NCBI RefSeq assembly: GCF_000400465.1
Contig: NW_008806281.1
Span: forward strand, 144,001-268,000
Length of the DNA: 124,000 nucleotides
From: Wallemia ichthyophaga EXF-994
Lineage: Eukaryota; Fungi; Basidiomycota
Reading direction: 5' to 3'
Below are positions 117,367 through 124,000 of the stretch, piece after piece (the stretch's first letter is position 1; each line of letters starts with the position of its first letter). Below the pieces are notes generated by a model. That model was not told the DNA's origin and made no database searches. It saw only the letters and a list, made by a program, of their open reading frames with translations. The translations under genes were made by a program, and so were the position numbers.

Positions 117367-118150
117367 CTACTTGTTCTCTGGAGTGAATTTCAAGCTGTGC
117401 TCGGTGTTAGGAGTGTTAAATAACTAAGCCAACCTATTTAAACCCACCTAACGGAATTGACACAGTGACGGTCATTCACCTTGTCACCAGCTAGATTCTT
117501 ATATCCCTCGCCTTCAAAGATGTGTCCAAGATGACCGTCGCAGTTGGAGCATGTTATTTCGATCCTCTTCATCCCGAATGAGTTATCGACGTGACGGTTG
117601 ATTTTCCCGGGGAGGGCTGTGAAATAAGCAGGCCAGCCGCCTAAAGGGGTGTGAGTGTGATAACCGGTGTGATTACGAATGCTTACAATGGCTAACCATT
117701 TTGTGGCTATTGTTTGGTTAAATTTTCATAGGTGGTGTCTCAAAGAAAAACGCACTCAGATGTATAAAGTGGAGTGTCGCAACCAGCGCAATTGTACACG
117801 CCTTTGTCGAAATGCTCGTCGTATTCACCTAAGTCGGTGTGTCAACTATGACGTTATTCACCGCCACAGTGGCAAACCTCACCAGTGCCTGCCATTTCGG
117901 TGCCCTTTTGACGTAGAATGCGGAACTGGAGGGCGTTAGAGGTTTGTGTGGGGGATGATATATGAATTGTACCTGCTCTGGAGAAAGCTTTGCTTGCCAT
118001 TCAGCTGTGTATCCAGTGAGTTGTGTTTAGACTGTAGAATGCAAAAGAATGCCCACCTTCTGAAATCATCTTGTGTTTTGCTGCTTGGGTGGTGCTTGTG
118101 ATTCTTCTTGCTAAAGTAGGTCTAGCTGCTAGTGCTCTACGTAGTAGCAT
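117367..118150 (-). CDS. MXR2: Methionine-R-sulfoxide reductase MsrB with mitochondrial presequence
   Basis: MLLRRALAARPTLARRITSTTQAAKHKMISE|AEWQAKLSPEQ|FRILRQKGTE.AGTG|EY..HF..GVY.CAGC.TPLY.S|..SHC|GWPA...FGM.R.EI.C.NC.GHLGH.F.GEG....RHCVNS. Absent from the ORF track. Confidence 0.93.
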
Positions 118151-118275
118151 TATAAGAAAGAGTAGACATGGCAATATAAATCAGTCTATGTATATTGTAT
118201 ATGTGGATTGTATCGATTGAAAGCATCCTCGACATTCTCAGCATCCTTAACGCCCTCAACACCCTCACAACCCAA

Positions 118276-118968
118276 ATGCCATCTTCCATACTCCTCCTCA
118301 ATCCGAATTCCAGCGAACAAGTCACAGAAGGGCTGCGCAGTCTAGTGGGAAACTGCAGCGATGACGAGTGCAGTATAACGACCCAATCGGCACCGCCCGA
118401 GGCACCAAGGAGCATCTACGACACCGCCAGTGGCGTAAAGAGTGCCATGGAATGTTACAAGCGCAACTACACGCAATACGACGGTGTAATAGTAGGATGC
118501 TATTCGAACCATCCCCTCATACCAATGCTCCGCGAGCGGTACAAGTACAAGCAGATCATCGGTGTCTTAGAGGCTTCTATCACCGCAGCTCTGCTATCTC
118601 CCGCGAGGAAATTCGGCTTTGTCACTACCTCCCCGCACTGGATCGACGAGTTCGGTAGAGCTGTAGGTGAGACCCTCGGCATTGGCGCCAACGCGTCAGA
118701 TCGCTACGTTGGAACCACCTGCAGTGATTTCGATGTCGTAGAATTGCGTACTGCTAAAGAAAGCACCGTCAATGCTAAACTTATTCATTGCGCTCAGGAT
118801 CTCGTACAGCGTGGCGCAAACACTGTTGTTCTCGCTTGCGCAGGTATGGCTGGGAAAAGTGTGTACGTTCAACACCAACTGCGTCAACTCAATAGCCAGC
118901 GCGTAGATGTTATCGATGGGGTGCAAGTGGCCGTTGACCAGATGAAAATGTTGGTTAAAATGTTGTGA
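118276..118968 (+). CDS. Asp/Glu/hydantoin racemase family protein (Dcg1-like)
   Basis: ILLLNPNSS...T, DGV.VGCYS.HP, G..EAS, VVL.CAGM, .IDGV. Confidence 0.88.
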   Translation: MPSSILLLNPNSSEQVTEGLRSLVGNCSDDECSITTQSAPPEAPRSIYDTASGVKSAMECYKRNYTQYDGVIVGCYSNHPLIPMLRERYKYKQIIGVLEASITAALLSPARKFGFVTTSPHWIDEFGRAVGETLGIGANASDRYVGTTCSDFDVVELRTAKESTVNAKLIHCAQDLVQRGANTVVLACAGMAGKSVYVQHQLRQLNSQRVDVIDGVQVAVDQMKMLVKML

Positions 118969-119032
118969 TGAGATGATTATGCCAAATGTCTCAAATATCT
119001 CAAATGTCTCAAATGTAATACATTACAACTGC

Positions 119033-119922
119033 TCACTGTACACTAAATAAGGCACCACTTGGTCTACTCACCCAACGATAGGTGAGCAATGACTGCGGAG
119101 TTTCATCGACGACAACCTGCGAAGACTCGCGATCCTCCTCATCTTTATCCTCCTCCTTCTTTCCTCGACGTTTAGAAGCGGTTTTGGTGAGCAATCTGTT
119201 GATAGTCTCCACCTTCTCATTCTCTAGACGCTGATCAGATTGGTGTTTACGCCTGCGCAGCAACTCAGCCTTTTTCAACGCCTGTTCTTCTTCTGTGAGC
119301 GTAGTCTTATGCTGTCTGCCTATATCAAGTGACATGAGCTCTGGTGTGTCGCTGGTGCCGTCGTCATTGGGTTGTTTGAGTGCAGCACGCTGTCTCGCAG
119401 TGAGACGTTGTTCATCTTTATCATTGTCTTTCCGCGTGTCTGCGTCATCGAGGTCATCCAACTCATCTTGATCGAGGTCATCCTCACCTTCACCCTCACC
119501 CTCACCACTGCTTATCTCGTCAATTTCCTCCTCACGCGATTTTTCGCGCGGTTTCTGCTGAGTTGCACGGGCGGAAGTGCGGGCAGAAGAGCGTGCACCG
119601 CGTGGTCTAGCAGCAGCACTCGAGTTGGATTTCTTATTAGTGGAACCAGGTGGGCGACCTCTGCGAGCCTTTGGCTTGGAGGTTTGAGACGGTGTGTCGT
119701 CGTCGTCGTTGTCGTCGTTGTCGTCATCCTCGTCGTCGTCGTTGTGTATATCGTCGTCATCGTCGACCATGTCCACATCATCTTGAGAATAATCCTCCAT
119801 GTTATCGTGTCCATCCTCCGAGGCTAACTCGTCTACCTCATCATCCTCACTCTCGACGATGGCTTGTAATAAATTTAATTTAATTTCCAGTTAAAATCCA
119901 ACTAAGACGCACTCTTTGGCAT
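119033..119922 (-). CDS. IES2: INO80 complex subunit Ies2 (PAPA-1 domain)
   Basis: Acidic and AT-hook-like N-terminus; LT.EE..LKKAE..RRRK..S..RLE.EK.ETINRLL; RW.S. First exon MPK.. at 119922 is inferred. Confidence 0.85.
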
Positions 119923-119943
119923 TTTATTTTTATTTATCTTTAT

Positions 119944-121697
119944 TTATTTTACCTGTTGGCTGTTGGATTCAAACCTCCCAAGCGTCACCTCCTCCCAGAT
120001 TTCTCTGCAGTTGACGACTGATCCGAGTCTTGAACAAAGAAGAAAAGCCCCCGAAAGCTTCCGATTGAGGCTGTAAGTTTCCTTAGGCGGTGGTGTAAGA
120101 CGATGTTGGAGCATGATCGGTATCTGTGCCTTGACGCGTTCCGTGATGGTTTGATTCAAGAAGCTGTAAGGTTCTGCCTGTCTGAACGGCTCACCCAGAG
120201 CCAACATGGATGCGATATGTGCGTTGATCATTTCCTCGCTCTCGTCGCCCGTCAGATATCCCAACTGCAGCGAAGTCCTCACGCACTCCTCTCTATCGCC
120301 ATTCCCTGCTGCCAGTAACAAACGTCCAAACGCACCGACGAAATCCTCCGTATACGCTCTTGACGCGCCGAAGTCGATAAGGTTAATCCTTCCACACTCC
120401 CCATCCCACAGGAAGTTACTCCAGTTAGGATCTGTCTGCATCAGTCTGAATTGGAATATTTCGCTAATGCAAAGGCGCATAATGGCTGATCCAATCTGTG
120501 TGGCGGGTGAGCAGTGTACACAGCACACTCGCTATACCTTTCACCCACCTTGTCTTTCGTTGGCTGGTCGTATGTGTACGCCCTCGACAGCGACTCTCCC
120601 GGCATGAATTGTGTGGTGAGTATGTTGGGTGTGCACAAGTCTTTTACCACCACGGGGCAGCTGAAGACGGGGTCATTATGCAGATACTCCCCAAACCGCT
120701 CTCCACATTCAGCTTCGCGGAGGTAGTCGCATTCATCAGCCAGCTCAGTGCGCATCTGACGAATAGTGTTATCGAGGAACAATCCACGCGGGAGGATGCC
120801 GCTGGCCGCGACGAGCAGTTTAAGGTTGTTCAGATCCGAGCTAATGCTCTCTTTAACGCCTGGGAACTGGATTTTGAGGGCGACGTGCATGCGTGGGTGT
120901 GTGGGGTGGTGTGCGCTGAGTGTCGCCGTGTGCACCTGCCCAATACTCGCAGCAGCCACAGGCACCTTGTCGAAATGCTCGAAATGGCTGATCCAGTCAG
121001 CACCGTACTCGGCGGCGAGCACTCTCTCTAGCTGCCAGTTGGGCATGTAGTCGGCCTTATTCTGTAGCCGCGTCAACGCCGTTTCTATCTCGGGTGGCAG
121101 CAGGTGGCTGTCCTGGATCGAGAGGAATTGTCCGAGTTTGAGGGCTGCGCCGCGCATTACTGACAGCTTGGCCACTAGTCGGTCGACGTTGGCTGGGGAG
121201 AGCAAGGCGGAATGTTGGGTATTGCCGCCGCGGAGTACTTGACTCGCTGTGCCGTACGTAAGCCCCGCTGCTAAGCCTCCGTAGTGGAATAGCCTGCCTA
121301 AGCGCGAAGACGGTACCTTTGTGTAGCGTGGAGAGTGTGAGGGTGGTTGAGAGGGTGGCACTGCGAGAGGCTGTGTGGGTGTATGCGATATCCCCGATGT
121401 CTCGTGTATGCCGTGCGGCTGTAAAGTAGTTTGAGACATTGTGGTGGATGGCTGTGAGTCTGGTTGTTTGGGAGAATGAGTTCTTGAGAGTGATTGGCTG
121501 GGATTGCTAGAATGATTTCGATCCATGTGTGCATTCTGTGTGTCACTGCCACTGCCACCACCACCACCACCACCACCACCACTATCGCGTGCGTAAGCAT
121601 ATAAATCCTCCAAAGACTCAAATTGCTGTGTATTTCGTGGCAAAGGGGTATAAATCCGCTTCAAAGAGTTCAAAATTTTAAAATAATTGGAAAGCAT
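119944..121697 (-). CDS. COQ8: Atypical ABC1/UbiB kinase
   Basis: KVPSSR.GRL.HYG, MRGAALK.GQ..SIQ, AAASIGQVH, VA.K.Q.PGV..SI.SD, E..YL.EA, QTDPNW.NF, L.DFGA. Confidence 0.95.
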
Positions 121698-121723
121698 GTC
121701 GTGGTGGTTCCGAGTAGACAACC

Positions 121724-122150
121724 ATGGTCAACGTAAAGAGCTGGAAGGAGTACCAGAAGCGGAGTATTGAGCTGTTCAGCGACAATCCAAAGAAGGTGGA
121801 GCGCTGTGCTTTGTACCAGTCACCACACTAACCACCCACAGTACCGATACTGCGTTAAATGGCGAGCAGCCAAGAAGGATCTGGTCGTCAAGTCCACCAA
121901 CGACCACCTCTGCCTCAAGTACAAAACCCAGTCGGCGTCTATTCTCAATAGATTCCTCTCTTTCAATCGCAAGCTCGGCTTCCTTATGTCTGACACGGAG
122001 GATTTCCAGATTCAGCAGCCAGAATCACAACCACAATCACAACCTCAATCTCAATCTCAGTCACAGTCGCGACCACCACAATTACACCCACACTCTCCCT
122101 CAGACTCCCCCTCGACAAAAAATAAGAAGAAAAACAAGAAGAAAAAGTAG
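121724..122150 (+). CDS. SRP Alu-domain subunit Srp9/Srp21
   Basis: MVNVKSWKEYQKRSIELFSDNPKK|YRYCVKW.....LV.K.T.D..CLKYKT. Confidence 0.85.
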
Positions 122151-122200
122151 CTTTGCTTGTATTTTACTTGACATCCCAGATTTCACTTGATATCCCCTTC

Positions 122201-123750
122201 TCACTGACTCAGCGGCAACGACACCGGCTTCTTGGGCGGGCTCTTGACCGTCTTGGGTGCCCCACTCTCCATAATCACCTTGAGCATCTCCTTGTTCATC
122301 CGAGCTGCCTCCTCGAAACGTGGCTCCAAGAAACGTGCCGTCGACTCAAACTTGTCCTTGTAGTGACTAAACGAGCCATGTTCGATAACCTCGGACCATC
122401 CTCGAGTTGCAACCACGAATTCTGTATCGTCCGAGCGATGGCTAATGTCAAAAGACGCCGACTCGAGCGCCGTATTCAGTCTATCGGGCGACCTAAAGAG
122501 GTACTCAGCCACACCGATCCACATCCTAAACAGGGGTGTTCCTGCGACGTCTAGATGATCAAAGGGATGAATACCCAGTCTGTTCCAGCAATCCACCATA
122601 GCAAGAATTGTGAGATGTGAGTTGCGTGCCGAGCAGTGCTGACTGGAGGGCTGATGGAGTGAGAAGCGATCGAGCAGGCTCTCACTAAGCAGAATAGGTG
122701 TGCGCTCACTCTTGCTTCCGTTCGTCCCTGGCTCCACTCCATCTTTATACCCAAACACCCGCCTACGAGCGTCGAGAGCGCGCTCCTTCAAACCATGGTA
122801 ATCCCCCGCAATCATCAACTTGAATAGCTCAGTCGCGGATGCAGCAAACTGCCGCACTTGCGCATGTGCACTTGGATTGAGAATAGCCAACCCCGCATAC
122901 ACATGCCACTTATTCGCATATATCCGCAGAGCTATGTTGCACTTGACGACTTCTATCCCGTTCACATAACGGTCTAGCTCCCACGGATAGCTCTGAGACA
123001 TGTTCCACGCTGTGCCCATGCTGAGGAAAGCGGCGTGGGTGACTGCCTGGGTGTTGGCAGTAACTATGTCATGCTCCTCGTACGTCAGATACACATAGCG
123101 GCTGCGAAAGCAGCTGAAGACATCCTCCGCCTTGCGCAGTACCCAGTCTGGAGAAGTGTGTTGGATGAGTACCTGGTGCGTTTGTGAGACATTGCACAAA
123201 GTGCAAAATGAAAATTGAAAAAACTCAAACCCACCAACGGCTGCCCCTCAGGACTCACGGTGGGGCCATGAAGAGAGTGGATGGATACTACATGCACATC
123301 GTGTGGAAGATGCCTCTCGAACGCAGCCCGTTCAGGTGCCTTTACTGAGGTCTGAGCCGACACTATGGCACCCACTTTCGTAGACGCGCCATACTCCCCA
123401 ACTACCCTATCTATGAACTCCGCCTCTACTGAATAGATGACGAAATCTGCCTTGCGTGATACTAGATGACCGTTTTTGACTACATGTACGGGTGTGTCGC
123501 GGTAGTAAGCAAATAGGCTGTCGTAGTTCTCAGGTCTATCGCAGACGATGCAGCTGTGCGTGTGTGTATCAGCGTAAGCTCTATGTAATAAACTCGATGA
123601 CGTAATTGTGACTGTAATTGCACTGTAGCTGCCACAACCTACGCAACCACCCACTCACCTCCAACCAGACTTGTAGAAATTGTTCGCATACATCTTCCCC
123701 ATATCCCCCATACCGATTATTCCAATTATAAATTCATTTTCAACTCCCAT
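122201..123750 (-). CDS. TYR1: Prephenate dehydrogenase (NADP+), multi-exon
   Basis: IGIIGMGDMGKMYA, V.CD.P, QTSVK.PE..AF...LP, HSLHGP, HD..TA.TQAVTH.AF, KWHVYAGLAI.N. Confidence 0.95.
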
Positions 123751-123790
123751 CGTCGTCGTCGTTCTGCTTATAGAAAGTGAAAGTGTAGCA

Positions 123791-124000
123791 ATGACCGGTC
123801 GATTGAAATTTAAAAAAAGCAGCAACCAATCGGATTCCGAGATTTTTGACAAGACGAAAGAGAAGTTCAAGAGGCGGTGCACGCGCATAAGTCCTCCGCG
123901 GTATGCATATCTCGACGAGCCTATTAGTCCGCCGAGAAAGACACGCAGACGGCGTTGGAATGGCGATGATGCTGACGCAGAAGAGGAAGAATTCAACGCC
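123791..124000 (+). CDS. 5' end of an unidentified gene (runs off window end)
   Basis: ATG at 123791 opens a frame (MTGRLKFKKSS...) to the window edge, divergent from TYR1. Confidence 0.45.
   Translation, partial: MTGRLKFKKSSNQSDSEIFDKTKEKFKRRCTRISPPRYAYLDEPISPPRKTRRRRWNGDDADAEEEEFNA

Noticed and set aside
117400-118000. Initially looked like a long structured ncRNA (RNase MRP or telomerase RNA)
   Set aside because: Fully explained as the multi-exon MsrB gene on the minus strand; no CR-I/CR-V or telomeric template motif.

Overview
A gene-dense, intron-rich eukaryotic window from a compact basidiomycete genome. Introns are mostly about 45-55 nt, and many divergent gene pairs have start codons under 60 bp apart. 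The protein sequences and this architecture suggest Wallemia, probably the halophilic W. ichthyophaga group (inference, not a database result). I can support about 75 protein-coding genes, mostly housekeeping. Several are missing or fragmented in the ORF track and were rebuilt by reading splice sites: ERV41, two velvet genes, NDUFAF8-like, CYSTM, dynein LC8, ATP17, MsrB, SRP9/21 and DMC1. There are three tRNA genes: an intron-containing Pro-AGG and two identical Lys-CUU. The main unusual findings are five. (1) Two 5'-truncated copies of a non-LTR retrotransposon with an (ATC)n tail, one with a perfect 12-bp target-site duplication; both sit just upstream of a tRNA gene with their 5' end facing it, suggesting a tRNA-targeting fungal LINE. 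(2) A 342-bp tandem duplication that creates an in-frame chimeric gene. (3) A block of decayed gene fragments (SNF2, HSP78/ClpB, unidentified) at 109.7-112.5 kb. (4) COG3 and COG6 both physically limited to a fraction of their usual length. (5) MED4 and URK1 whose start codons overlap. Exon boundaries are read by eye and some starts may be off by a few codons.
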